From: Amphiscolops sp. MND2022
Lineage: Eukaryota
Length of the DNA stretch: 64,000 bases
Direction: 5' to 3'
Assembly: GCA_964187785.1 (NCBI GenBank)
Contig: OZ076409.1
Location: 97,094,001-97,158,000 of the forward strand
In this document: positions 38,401 through 51,188 of the stretch, in pieces
Position numbering within the stretch: position 1 is the first letter of the stretch
How the letters are laid out: each line of letters opens with the position of its first letter
Notes under the pieces: generated by a model
The model's database searches: none
What the model was told of the DNA's origin: nothing
Seen by the model: the letters and a program-made list of their open reading frames with translations, nothing else
Program-made: the position numbers and the translations under genes

Positions 38401-40269
38401 TCCTTCCCATCCAGGAAAATACGTGCATCAGGGACTGCAAAGAGGTAGTGAGGTATATGATAGAGGACTGCAAAGAGGTAGTGACTCGTATAATATTCCT
38501 CTTCCGTCAAAAGTTCCCACGGAAAAAAGTAAGAAAAATCTCTTTTTGAAGTGCCGTGAAGCGACGACATCCTTTCCTTTTCCAGTGATCTGTCACTTCG
38601 AAGCACTCAGGATCTTCCCTCAAGAACATGTCGAATGTTTTTGCTTCATTCTTCAGAAGTCTGTTGCCTACACAGAAGTTTTTGGATTGAGAAATGAGTA
38701 CTTTCGTTGAAAGATCAACATTCTTTTCCGGAAATTTCTAGAAAAAACTCTTATGCAAAGAAAACTGTAGAACTCACTTCTGGTTAAACGACGTTCCTGG
38801 GTTCAGTATTTGGATGTTGTATCTCCTACTGATCCACTCAATTCCAAGGTTCGTTGACGACTTGGAAAAACACAAAAACTTCTAAATAAAATTGTAATCT
38901 TTTGATCGGTTTAGTTTCAAAAAACTAACTAGGACATTGTGTTTTTCTTGACATATCCAGCTTGTCGAGATATTTTTCTTTGAATGGTTCTTGCTTCAAT
39001 TTATTGATAGTATTGCTTCGGAAAGCGTGTTTGAATTGCACAAGGGAGAAATCTGAAAACACACTGTACTGATTTTGATTTAAGATTTAGCATGACACAA
39101 AAAATGGAGTTTTTTCAACCTAATCGTATTTCCTATCCAGGAATCGTAGAAGAAACATACCAAGAGTCTATAATTTCTGCGTTCTTTAACGTGGTGATAT
39201 TGAAAAGTAGATCCAAGAATTGTTCGTAAGCCAAATTTGCCAAAAACTGAGGTGTACCCAAAAAATTACCCAAATTTTGGCTGTTTTCCACATTATTGAA
39301 ATCAAAACGATTTTGTTGGAGGTTTGAAAATATACAGCATCCTAGAAAGTTCTGGTTGAAAGATTGAATTTGGAGATTATGACAGATTGTCGGACAGGAC
39401 GATAGTATAATTGTAGTTGATTATAGGCAAGTTGTAATAGCAAAATTCATCCTTTCAATGACAATTTCCCACTATATATAGTTTCCACACCATGACATCC
39501 ATAATTTAGGGTACCATGGGTTAAAGTATACATGACATTATGGTTATAAATAGTAACATGATCACAGTTACGTCATGTTACGTAACCTACTAAAAAGGAA
39601 TAAGATTGCATCAAAGAGACGATGGTTAAATCATAAATATTTACATGCAAGCAACACATCATGTCTTTATAATACTACCAAATAAATACTTGGCTAAGCG
39701 TCAAATGACTGCACTAAAGGTCTTACTAGTTACATGTAATCGAAAGTGGACGCCCCGTCCTTCTAACTATAGTAAGCAACTAATTATTTAAGCACTGTTA
39801 TTGGCTGATTGCTAATATGACCACGCGTCAACTGGACTGCAGCATTGTACCAGTTGAACGCGTTCCCTTTCTTACAATTTCTAGCACCCTTAAACAATAC
39901 ATAAATGTACGCAAAACAATTTTATTTAGCATTTCATTTAATATTACACTTTTGCGCTTTGAATCCGTACTAGTTCACAATTAAACGTATCAATCTATCT
40001 AATATCATAATGGTTGGTGAATAAAGCACAATAAAAAATCATGTGCGGTCAATCTTGACCTTAAGTCAAAATACCAAATGATGAAGTTACGGTCTGGTAG
40101 GCAAAAGTTAGAACAATTGGATAATTCGTGTACAAAATTAGTCGGCTAAGTATGAAATGAGAGTTTTGGAGTTTATTTTAGATTGGTATCACGCTAGGGG
40201 CTGGAATTGTATTGTCGTTCTCAGTCTTCTTTTGATAGATGGTACCGTCGCAAGCGGCATTCTGCGACA
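19893..40269 (-). repeat. ~20-kb higher-order tandem array: 8 monomers of ~2.3-2.6 kb with 5.1-kb and 7.59-kb superperiods
   Basis: The core GCATTG(G/T)GCGACGATGGTTAT recurs at about 20868, 23361, 25968, 28460, 30953, 33560, 36052 and 38348. ORF-track pairs are offset by 7592 (23343/30935, 25962/33554, 28442/36034). Confidence 0.97.
39340..40269 (-). mobile_element. 5' part (U3/TATA) of an LTR related to the solo LTR at 7824, capping the array
   Basis: The reverse complement begins TGTCGCAGAATGCCGCTTGCGACGG, against TGTCGCAAGCTGCCGCTTGTGACGG at 7824. The two are collinear through CCAGCCCC and CCAAT boxes to AACTATATATA. Confidence 0.8.
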
Positions 40270-40813
40270 TCATCATTCGTACTATTTTTTTCGGTTCTAG
40301 CGATACAAATCAGGCGGATTCAACTGCAACTATAAATTTAAACGAATAATGGGCTCTTTCTCCTACCCCTCACTCTTTCAAAGAACAAAAGTCAGCGTAA
40401 TGATTATATTTGGCTATATCGTTTAATGTTTCTTCAAATAAATCTTTTCCTTTGTTTTGTTGTCTCCACATGAACACACTTAATTAACGTAATTTGAGAA
40501 ACAGCTTCATGTTTTTTGTTCACGCTAACATAAATTTTGCTGCGAAATTCATTTTTGCGAATCAGAATAAAATCGGAAGTAAACTGAACAAATTTTTGAA
40601 AGACTTTTCAATATTTTAAAAGAAAAAACTGGATTATTTTTTTGAAATTATGTGAAATGTTTCAATGGAAACTCAATTGAGAGCAATTTAATTGCTGAAA
40701 CAATATCATCTAGAAAAGTGTGTGTTGTTTTAAGGAAACAGTTCCAGCTTTGACACTAATGACCGGAACGAAATGAGTTTTGTGTACATGTATAAAACAA
40801 TGGCATGTTTCAG

Positions 40814-40946
40814 GCTCTGGCGAATAAGTTGGCTGACGTGGAAAAGAACTGTGACGTCACCGGTGACAAGAGAGGAGGAGACTCGGACGACGATGAGTCA
40901 TCGCACTTGTCGGCAGAAGAATTGGCTCACAAGAAAAAGTTTGAAG
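40814..40946 (+). CDS. PPP1R2: IPP-2 coding exon 3
   Basis: ALANKLA...acidic tract...LSAEELAHKKKFE; acceptor TTTCAG; phase-1 donor G|GTGGGC. Confidence 0.9.
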
Positions 40947-41837
40947 GTGGGCAGCTTTTGTTTGTTTCGTTTCAAATACTGGACGTTCAAGAGTTCCATC
41001 AGTTTCATATAGACGAAATGGTCTGTAATTGAAGAAGGGCCGCCGTCTCAATGCGTTACAGCTTTTAAAAGCATCGCTTTCACTTGTTCTCTGCGTTGCG
41101 TACTGATTAAAATGTTGCTGAATTAGACCAGAACTAATTTGGCGTAAATCGTAAATCAGATAATGAAATGAAGCCCTGAGGAAAAATAAGAATAAGAATT
41201 GTTCCCAACCAAAAATGCCTCCTCAAATATTAATTGTATATATGCATTGACATTGAGCTCTGACATGGCAATATAACAAGAGGTGCAGTTATATTGTGAT
41301 ATTATTCGTATACTGTTTCTACAGAAAATTTCCAAAGAGGACCTTTCATGGTAAGGGAAAGACTTTTTCTCAACAGAAAATATCACAAAACTCGTTATTG
41401 TAATTTTTCCCGAAAACTTTTTGTTCGAAAAAGTTGCACAATGACGAAATTATCGAAAAGGGTGATCCTTTAGACTCGGAAACCTAGTCCTATAAACTGC
41501 AAACACCAAAAAACCGAAGCAGCGAATCTCTCGTAAAAAAGAAATTGTGAAAAAAGGCGCACAGAGCTGAAAAAGGTCGCTTTAGCAATAACAGAGAAAA
41601 CTCTCATCCGTCCCACAGATGTAACCCTGAAGACTCGGAAATCTGTTTCTCCCAACAGAAAACCTCAAATAACCAAAAACTGTGGGACAATTTCTTCGGT
41701 AAGTCACACAGTGCCGAAAAATTCCACGGGATGGCTCTACGCTCACAAAACACCATATAGAATCCCACAGCTCTTTAAGGCGTGGTTCTGGAACAAAAGC
41801 CTAATTGTTGTGATAAACTTATTAAATAGTTTCAGGG

Positions 41838-42818
41838 ATGAGCCTGCGAGGCAATGAAATTCAAAATGACGCTCAATCAGGCGGTATCGAATCAATTGTG
41901 GATACACCTGTGATCAATGCCTCTGATAATGCAGTGACGAACAATATTGCTGGCAACGCACCAGAACAGTCAAACAATCTACCGACGCTACGATATCTCG
42001 ACCGTACGCCTATGGTGAAGCCGGACAGTAAACGATCGAGATTTGAATTGAGCCCAATCGAACAGAGTCCAGTTACAGAAGTGACGATGAACGAAGCAAT
42101 TGCAGCAGCCGTCAGTCAGACAGTGAAACAAGTCCTTCCAAAAATTGTAGAAGAAGTGAAAGCCACAATCAATGAAAGCATAAAGACCATGATTGGACAA
42201 ATGATGGCAGACATGAAGGGAGAGATTTTGAAGGAAATGAGAGAGGAGGCCATATACCAACAACGAGAAGCTGACCTGAAAATGCTTTGCGAAACAGAAA
42301 TGCTCGAAAGCTATAACAGAAGGAATAACGTTAGCATCATTGGTGTTCCGGAGGCGAGCAAATTAGATGCGAATAATCGCCCAATCTCCGAAGCCTCTGA
42401 AGAAACCATGGCCAAAGTTGTTGGGATTGCACAACAAATTGACGCAAAAATGGATGAAAGGGATATTTCGATAAGCCATCGACTCCCAGGCCGACAGCAA
42501 GAGAGGCCTATTATTGTGAGATTTTCTAGAAGAGTCGGAAAGATTGAGCTCCTCCGAAAGAAGAAGAAGTTGGCAGAGAGCGAGGCGACGAAGAAAATCA
42601 AAATATTTGAAGATCTTACCCAAGCGCGATCGAAATTTTTGACAATGATGAGGTGCGACACAAGAATTGCATCAACTTGGACCCGCGAAGGGACAATTTT
42701 TTTCAAATGGGTAGACGATTTAAAAACTTATGCAATTAGAAATCTATATGAGGGAGGAATCATGTTAGAGTACGATATGTCAGATATAGAACAATGTTTC
42801 TCGACATTCAGAGAGTAG
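41838..42818 (+). CDS. LINE ORF1p (coiled coil plus RRM-like and C-terminal domain)
   Basis: Motifs ESYNRRNNVSIIGVPE, DISISHRLP, PIIVRF, IFEDLT and TWTREGTIF; intact 326 aa. Confidence 0.88.
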   Translation: MSLRGNEIQNDAQSGGIESIVDTPVINASDNAVTNNIAGNAPEQSNNLPTLRYLDRTPMVKPDSKRSRFELSPIEQSPVTEVTMNEAIAAAVSQTVKQVLPKIVEEVKATINESIKTMIGQMMADMKGEILKEMREEAIYQQREADLKMLCETEMLESYNRRNNVSIIGVPEASKLDANNRPISEASEETMAKVVGIAQQIDAKMDERDISISHRLPGRQQERPIIVRFSRRVGKIELLRKKKKLAESEATKKIKIFEDLTQARSKFLTMMRCDTRIASTWTREGTIFFKWVDDLKTYAIRNLYEGGIMLEYDMSDIEQCFSTFRE

Positions 42819-42888
42819 CAACCATCTAATAATTACAAAAGCTCTACAAAACATACAAAAAATTAATGTTAAAAATAAAGGCGAACCC

Positions 42889-45770
42889 ATGAAGATGGAA
42901 ATACCGGATGAAAAGAATTGGATCTTACACATGAATGTGAGATCAATAAACTGTCACTTTGATGAACTTCAAATCTTAGTAGCTTCATACAAAGTTCTAC
43001 CAATAGCTATTTGTTTAACTGAGACTTGGGGACAGCAGTGTGATGTAGATACACTCTTATTGAAATTCTACCAAAAACCTTTACACGTTGCTCGTGTTAA
43101 CCAAAACAGTGGAGTAATCTTATATGTTCATGATGACTATATTTCCAAGGATATATCAATAGAAACAAATGCTGAAAATCTTACTTACCAGCTATCTTCT
43201 GAGTCTAACAAATTAATAGTATCATGCATCTACAATGCACCTGCTTTGGGCGTGAAGAAATTCCTCGCTGATATTGAAACGTTGTTAAATTCATTGAATC
43301 AATATTCAGAAATTTCCTGTGTAGTGGGGGATTTGAATATTGATATTCTCAAAGATTCGACAGAACAGAAGCAATATATGTCGATCCTCAATAGTAACGG
43401 ATTCGTACAACATAAATGAACCTACTAGAATTACTGATGAGACTAAGATTTTCATAGATCATGTTCTGGTAAGAAAATGCGACGAATACCTTGTGAACTG
43501 TGGTGTCATTAACTCAGCTATAACTGACCATTGTTCTACGTACGTAGAATTACCACGTGCTTCAAATCACAACTCATTATCATTCAAAGGAAGGAATTTA
43601 CGTTTTCTAAAATCTCAAAAGAAACTGATAGAATTTTGCAAAGACATTGAAAAGGTATTCAATAGCAATTGGGGATATCATGTTAAAGACATTTCAAATA
43701 AATGCTGCCTTTTATTATCAAACATAAATATGGTAATTGATGAATATGCAACCACATATAAACCTACACGAAAAAGATGTTCTCCTCCTTGGTACAATAA
43801 TCGACTGAGAAACATGATTAATAAAAGAAACAATTTATATTCAAAGTACACAACCGATGGATGTACAACATCGTACAACCGCTTTCGATTGTACAGGTCA
43901 AAAGTATCAAAAACCATTAGAGAAGAAAAGAAAGTATATTATAATAACCTGTTTGAAAGCTGCATTTGCGATAAGCATTCATTTTTTCGCCATTTAAACA
44001 ATGTTACTGGTAGAACGCATCGATATTCTGTAAAAAAGATTGTCATCGATGACGAGGAATACACGAAACCTGAAGAGATTGCAGAGAAGTTCATTGAACA
44101 TTTTTCAACCATTGGTCGAACAATAAATGAGCGAATAGCTCCTTGCTCAAAAACATATGCGGAAACGGAAACGGATTTTTCGATGTATTTGAGACCAACA
44201 ACGCCAACTGAGATCAGCAGAATTATTCAAAACTTAAAGTCGCATAAAGCTTTCGGACCAGATGGAATACCAGCAGAAGTTATCAAGCATTGTGCAAGTG
44301 TTTTGGCTCCTGTTTTGAGTGAATTGGTCAATCTTTCTTTCTCACAAGGACGATTTCCTAGCTGTTTGGGAGCTGCTAAGGTAATACCACTTCACAAGAA
44401 TGGTGACAAGACAAATATGACAAACTATCGGCCTATTTCACTGCTATCTGTAATTTCAAAAGTTTTTGAAAGGGTTATGTATTCGCGAATCTCGGAATTT
44501 CTTGAGAGACATCAACTGCTTAGTAAATCACAATTTGGTTTTAGAAGTAAAAGATCGTGTATTGATGCAATTGCGAGTATTGTAGAAAGAATTAGAAGTG
44601 ACCACTCAAAGACAGATTATACATGCATATTCTTGGATTTGCAGAAAGCTTTTGACACCGTTGACCATCCAAGATTACTCCATAAAATCTATAAAATTGG
44701 TATTAGAGGGAATGCATTACGTTGGCTTGAATCTTATTTAGAATGTAGAACTCAAATGGTATCAATTAATGGACATTCTTCTGAAGCACGAGAGGTAAAG
44801 TACGGAGTCCCTCTGGGGTCAATATTGGGTCCATTATTGTTCATAATATACATGAATGATCTCGATGCAGTATGTAAAATGATCCGACCAACACTATTCG
44901 CTGATGATGCCAATCTCCTCATTTCTCGGAACAAGCCTGTCCTGGTAGAAACTGAAACTGAATTCCAGAAAGAATTACAAGACGTCGATGGTTGGATAAA
45001 AGTAAATAAACTGTCACTCAATGTACCCAAATCGCACTGTATGCCATTCAAGAAAAAGAATAGAAAACAAGAATTTGCTATGGGTTCTGAATTGTTACAA
45101 ATTAGCGATATTGTGAAGTATCTCGGAATTCTAATTGACCGAAATCTGAAATTCCAAGAGCATATTGAGTACCTATTGAAAAAATTGGGTAAACACATTG
45201 GTGTGATCTCTAGATTGAGGCATTTCGTTTCAAGAAGTGTGCTTCTCAAATACTACAACTTTTATGTGAAGCCGGTATTGCAATATGGTATATTGATATA
45301 TGGTGGTAATACTTTCGCTAACCTTGATAAAGTGAATGCCTACCAACGTAAATTGTTCAGGCTAACATTGTTCAAGAAAAAAAACAGCAAATGTCGATAA
45401 TGATTTCCTCAGGTATGATATACTTTCAGTGACACAATTGTATTTTTACGAACTCATAAAGTTTTCTTTCAGAAGCGTGAGAGGAAAGTTGTCATGTGAA
45501 TTCTTGAACAACTTGTACTCCCGTGCTAATGCAAGAGAAACTCGAATGCAAACTGCACAAAAGTTTATACATCCTATAGGGACAAACAATTGGGATAAAT
45601 ATTCTTTGAAAACACGTGGCACAAAAATTCTTAACTTTTTGATAGAACAGGATTTGTTTCCGAGTGATCTTCGGACCCTAAGTCCAGACGAATTAAACAC
45701 TGAAATACACAAGTTTAAAGACTTTTTGAAACTAGTACCCGATGAAAATCTCAGAACAATTTTGCCATAG
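42889..45770 (+). pseudogene. LINE ORF2 (APE endonuclease plus RT) with two frameshifts
   Basis: Motifs HMNVRS, CLTETW, GDLNID, TDH, NYRPISLL, DLQKAFD, GVPLGSILGP and FADD. Frame changes near 43410 and in the A-run near 45380. Confidence 0.92.
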
Positions 45771-46797
45771 TACGTAACTTTGTTTACTTCCCTTTTATAG
45801 CTTATTCCTCCAGTTAACACGCCCTATCTCCTCTCAGTGAACTTCTAAGAACTCCTGTCTACGAATGTTGTACGGGTCGTTCATAAAGGAGAAGGGATAG
45901 TAAGCGTGTTAACAAAATGGAGGAGGAGGGATCAGCAACCTCACTTACATCTAATTGACCAGGATTTCCCATACTTTAGTACGGGGCCCTGAGTCAGTTA
46001 GCGGATCTACTGTGGAGTTCTGGTTGTGTCGTCGCTGCAAGAGTTGAACAGGTGAAGAAAAATGAATAAATAAATAAATAAATAAAATGTTCTAGAATCC
46101 CGAAACTATTACGATAATTAAAGCCGGGACCCAGTTAAAATGGCATGAATTTGCTTTTCTGGGTCCCCTCCAATTTCAGCTAGTCTCTGAAAATAGTCTC
46201 TTTATTTTTAAATGTTTAGTTATTTATTTTTGTTCTAGTAGTTTTAAATTGGAGAAACCACTTTATAATAATAACAAAGAACGTCAAAAGGTACAGTCTT
46301 TATTTTTCGGAATTGTTCTTCAAAAACGTCTCATGTAGTTGCCATTAATTTTTTCAAGAAAAAATTAAACGGTTTAACCATGAATCTCGTTGCGTGTTCA
46401 ACAAGACGCCCGCTATGCACCAGGATATTTTCCGCCTTCAATTGGCTAACTATAGACGCTCAATCAAAAATTTACCTCCTCCTTGGCAAACGCAATAACT
46501 TCCAATAAAGTTGAAATTCGGATATAGCGCAATAATTTTGAAACCCCGCGTCCTCCTTAGTAAAACAAAATTGACTTCGGATGTAACGTCAAAAATTCGT
46601 ATATAGCGTGCTGCGACAAATGGAGGCGCACTTTTTCGAACGCCTGCCTCCTCCTTAGTGAAACGCAACATAGTTCGGATATTACGTCAAAAATTCGAAT
46701 GAAGCGCAATAATTCCGAACCTCCGCTGACTCCTTAGTAAAACGCAATTTACTTCGGATATAACGTCATAAGTTCGCATATAGCCTGCTGGGAGAAT

Positions 46798-46882
46798 TGG
46801 GAGTAAGTAACTACATGTGAGTAAGTAACCACATGTGAGTTAGTGACCACATGTAAGTAACTACTTGTGAGTAAGTAACTAA
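46798..46882. repeat. 18-bp minisatellite (GAGTAAGTAACYACATGT), 4-5 copies
   Basis: Directly visible; translates as repeated HVVTYS on the minus strand. Confidence 0.8.
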
Positions 46883-48259
46883 GTGGAGCAAGAATAAAAT
46901 GGAGGTTTGGCAGAATTTGAAAAAAAAACGCAACACAGATCATGACTTTAATCCACCTACATAATAAGTTGTGGAGGCGGAAAATAACAATGTTGTTGTA
47001 CCTGGAAATGCTGTAGCGGGGACAGATGCTCGTTATGCTGTGGCTCAGATAGCAAAACTTTCCCGCCGATGAACACTTTTATTCAAGTTAAAAGTCAAAC
47101 CAGTGAAACGCCATGGTTGTAGGGGTTCAAAGAAAAAGGCAAAACTCGAAACATGAAAGTCATCATGAAAATTGTCTACAAGCTCAGCGTGATTGTTCGA
47201 GAATCATACCCTGCCTTGTTGAAAGATTTGTTGCAAATTTTCATGGAATGAGATTTCATCCTCAAAAGATATGGAAATGATATGCATATTTGGGAGTGTT
47301 TCTACTGTTGCAGAATTATTGTTTAGCCCCAAAGGGCATATTCTCAATTCACCCTTTCAACTGTCAGTGGGTGCTTGTGCGAAATCTTAAAATATTCTAA
47401 TGTTTATGGTTCGCTGTGACAAAATGTTTGGAATTTTTCCCACAAATTTGAAAAACTCAAGTGATCGACACGCAGAACTCTGGAAATGCAGATGTATAGA
47501 ACAGCTTTTATTTGAAGGATCTATGAAATGCATGACATCAAAGGGTCTCCCTTTTTGGGTTTTTCCAAGGCACTGTGCGATTTCGAATTTTCTTTTTGTG
47601 AAAAGGAACCCACTTCAGGATTTTAACGTCGAAAAGCCTAAACTACCCTCTTTTTTTAGAATTTCCCCCCATTGGATATTTTTCGGCGCTGTGGGATTTT
47701 TCAAAGTTTCCTTAGAAAATAGCATTTTAGTCTGTTCAATAATAGACTCTTGAAGGTTTTTGAGCCCTAAGCAGGGTTCTGACTTGAGACATTCCCGTTT
47801 TGTTTATTTGTATTCCAGTACTTATTTTAAACAAGCCACCAATATAAATGAGCGGTGAATTGACTCCAATGAGGCCCCGCATGAATTCACTGGCCCAATT
47901 GCTAGAATTCGCACATTTCATGCTAAAGTTTTACCTTTTGACTGATACAGATGACCCAACCGAAAACTTATTTCACGACAAAGCGATTCAGATTCACTAA
48001 ATTCGCACTATATTACACGTTTTTAACAAAAAAAATTCACCTGAGCAGTTTCACGTTAGTTAGCGGCCGCCAATTTCTTAAGGGCCTAGATTTAAATCAT
48101 TCAGTTTAAACAGTTAGAACTAGTTCAAATATAGCGTCCCTTTAAACTTTTTAATGTTTTTTGCACATGACGAAGTCAATGTGCATTGCAGTCCAGCTAA
48201 GTAGGTTTTTTTCCACTATAGTCAACTTCATAATGAGCGCCTTTTAGAAAAGAGCCAAA

Positions 48260-48331
48260 AACCCCAGAGAGATTCGAACCTGCAGCCTCCCGATTGCACG
48301 GCAGAAGTGTTGACCACTGTGCCATAGGGAC
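48260..48331 (-). pseudogene. tRNA-like sequence (tRNA pseudogene or SINE head)
   Basis: A-box TGGCACAGTGG and B-box GGTTCGAATC at tRNA spacing; the stems are imperfect. Confidence 0.5.
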
Positions 48332-48793
48332 GTTATTGAACAAAGTTGAACTGTTGAATATATACGCATGCGATTAAAATAATATATATACGCATAATAA
48401 AATAATTGATGTCTTCGTCATGTGTTGCGAAGCACCGCTTCGCCTCTGTGTACAAATTTAGTTGGTGTCCCCCTTTCAGTTTTTTCGGCATTGTGAGACT
48501 TTTTTAAAGAAAAATTTTTAATGTCCCCAAAGTGGCCTCCTCCAATTTTTTTTGTTATTTTATAACAGAATGGGTGTTAACAAAGACCAAAGGGTCCCCC
48601 TTTTTACATTTTTCGGCACTATGAGACTGTTCAAAATTCTCGTTTTTCGTTTTCAAGAATTTTTCAATCAATTATTTTCTCCAAAGGCTCCCCCTTGAGT
48701 TTTTTTGATATTTTGCAACAGAATGAGTGTTGAAAATCCCTTTCAACGTTTTTAACCAACCCTTTTAAAACCCGAATTATCGTTTGTTGGCAG

Positions 48794-48918
48794 AAGCGAG
48801 GAAGAAGCACTACGATGAGGCCACTCGTATCCGAGAAGCGAGGCGACTCATCCAGATGGAAAAGGACGAAGAGGAGGAAGGCGCGGAAGAAGCATCAGCC
48901 CCAGTTTCTCAATCTTGA
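48794..48918 (+). CDS. PPP1R2: IPP-2 coding exon 4 (terminal)
   Basis: EARKKHYDEATRIREARRLI matches the I-2 KRKLHYNE helix; phase-1 acceptor; stop TGA ends 48918. The joined CDS is 251+169+133+125 = 678 nt (225 aa). This exon is absent from the supplied ORF track. Confidence 0.92.
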
Positions 48919-49289
48919 CTACTATCTCGATCTGTTGCATGTTGATGAGTCTAAGTCTGTCTGTGCTCTAATGATCCTTGTTGATTGACTGCTACTCACG
49001 ATTCCGCTAACTGGCTAAACACTTATTTAATAATTATACTTTTTTAGTTTGTCCCCTTTTTTATTTCTATCTAATTCAGTCTTTCGACGATGTTGTCACC
49101 TGACTCCAAACCATGTTTTGTCATTTTGACCATTTACAGAGCGGTTCACAATCAAATTGCAATCATTTTCTAGGAATTTGATTTTCTCCGCATCTTTTTG
49201 GCATCGAGGAATTAAAAATAATTTATTGTTACCACATTTGGATTGATGAAAACAATTAATGGAAAACACTGAAAATCAGAACAAAACAG

Positions 49290-49636
49290 AACAAGCCGGG
49301 AACGGCCCAAGTCGGCGCCATATCCAAGGCTCAAAAATAGCAAAAGGACTTCAAAGTATCAAGTATTCTCTTCTAAAGTACCTGCATGAGGAAAAAATTG
49401 AAAAAAAATTGTTTTTCAATTTTTTTCGATCCGGTAAGTCGCATAGCGCCGAAAAATGTAAAAGGGGACCTCAAAAAAACCTAATTAACCTCTATCTCAA
49501 GTGCCAGTAGAAGTAGTGTGGCATTTAGTGTTAGTTCAAGTCAGCTTATAAGGCTTATAAAATCTGTCACTTCGTTGGTCTTAAAAAAAGTCACTACTAT
49601 AGTCTCCGTTTTTCTACGAAAAGCGCCGACTAAAAA
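49290..49636 (-). mobile_element. HINE-like element downstream of the IPP-2 stop
   Basis: ACAAGCCGGGAACGGCCCAAGTCGGCGCC ... AAGCGCCGACTAAAAA. Confidence 0.65.
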
Positions 49637-51188
49637 CCAGTCTGAATTTGAAGTACGATTACTATAACACTCCGTTTCCTGCTCATGTCGCTGAAACTAT
49701 TGACTATCGGAAGTTACCTTTGATAAAAATGTATTTTTTACATAAATAAATTTTTTTTTCAATTCCTTGAAGTTTAATCTGGTATACATTCGTCTTTATT
49801 TCAAACTTGTGACAAATAATGCAGAACTTTTAACACCTCTCTATGTATTATATGATTTGCGATTCAACATTTCTGACTTGGATGATTTGTTTTGGTTTCT
49901 GCGTAATTTAGGAACAATTTTGATTAGCTTTTTAGTTATCTTCCAATTCATCGCACTGATCTGATTGCATCATCAAATTCTGAGAAATTGTATACATTGT
50001 TTACACTTCCAAAGAAAAGCTACAATCGCCACCAGACATTATATCAATCATATGCGCCGCATATTCCGCATATCTGACTGGTTTTGTAACTGATCGTTTG
50101 TGAAATCGATGAAATCGAACCGCTATATACTTGGCCCCAGAGGACGAACTACAATAGTGTAAGAAATAAACTGAACCTTTATTTGTAAAAAAAGAATTGG
50201 ACCAAAACAAAACTAGCTCTGATTTCTGCTATCATCCACGAAAATCAAATAAACAAACATTCTAAAGTTTTGTTGGGCACTTGAAATGTAGGTTTGCAAA
50301 TAATGAAGAAACTTCCAAATTTCATTTTTCATTGATTGTATTTACTACTGAATATGGGACATCATTTTGGACAATTTTGTAACATTTGGCACCTAATTTG
50401 TAAATTTTGTTTATTTGGCAGGTAATTCATCATTTCCTGAATACATTCAACTATTTTACATCAAGATAATTGGTATTATGTAGTTTTTGAAAGGAGTTTT
50501 CTATTATTTCATTTTATTTACTATCTTAATACGTAGGACACTGCTATTTTTCGCAAAGATTGGGGATTGTTTTCGGTTTTGCATTTTCAACCGATGAAAT
50601 TAATATCAAGAGAATCTGATACGTAAGCGATTATACCCATTATCTTAGACATTCAATTTGTCCTTCCAGTCCCTCAATTTCACGGGTAAAATAGAGAATG
50701 AACGAAATCCCCATGTAAAATGCTAGCTCTGTTTACATACAGTCCAAATCATTTCTTACAAATAAGGGTTCAGTTCTTTTCTTACACTATTGTATTATCC
50801 TTGTTTTTCTTTTTTTTGCGCCTCGGCCTCTGTTGAACGGCTTTTTAGCTACTTTCCGAAGAGCGGGAACAACTGACTGAGGAAAAACTTCTACATCTTA
50901 TGATGTTATATTTCAATTCAGAGAAATTGGATTAATTCAGTTTTTCTCAATTATTTCGTACTTTTTGTGAGCAAAAAGCAGCATTTTACCGCATATTTCA
51001 GAGCATATTTTGAAAAATGACCAGCATAAAATATTGCATATTTAAGTTTTTTGCCGCATTTAATTTACACGCCTGATCGCCTCTGATATGAAGTATTGAT
51101 GTAATTAAAAGCAACATAGCACGTGGAAAGGGAGCAAATAAGCAAATCTTATTGGCTAATCAAGGTCTCATGCGTTCATTTCATTGGT

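Larger units (their letters stand above)
41767..46086 (+). mobile_element. Near full-length LINE (L2/Crack/CR1 group) in IPP-2 intron 3
   Basis: ORF1, ORF2, 3' UTR and (TAAA)n tail at 46065-46086. TAGAATCCC occurs at both 41758-41766 and 46093-46101 (possible TSD). Confidence 0.92.

Noticed and set aside
20478..38710. The many 60-130 aa ORFs repeated through the array as functional genes
   Set aside because: They overlap on both strands, gain and lose stops between copies, and recur only because the DNA is duplicated.
19893..40269. CRISPR-like or repeat-spacer array
   Set aside because: Units are kilobase-scale near-identical duplications with no unique spacers, no cas genes, and the context is eukaryotic.
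41988..45820. Antisense ORFs over the second LINE
   Set aside because: Shadow frames opposite ORF1/ORF2 with no independent motifs.
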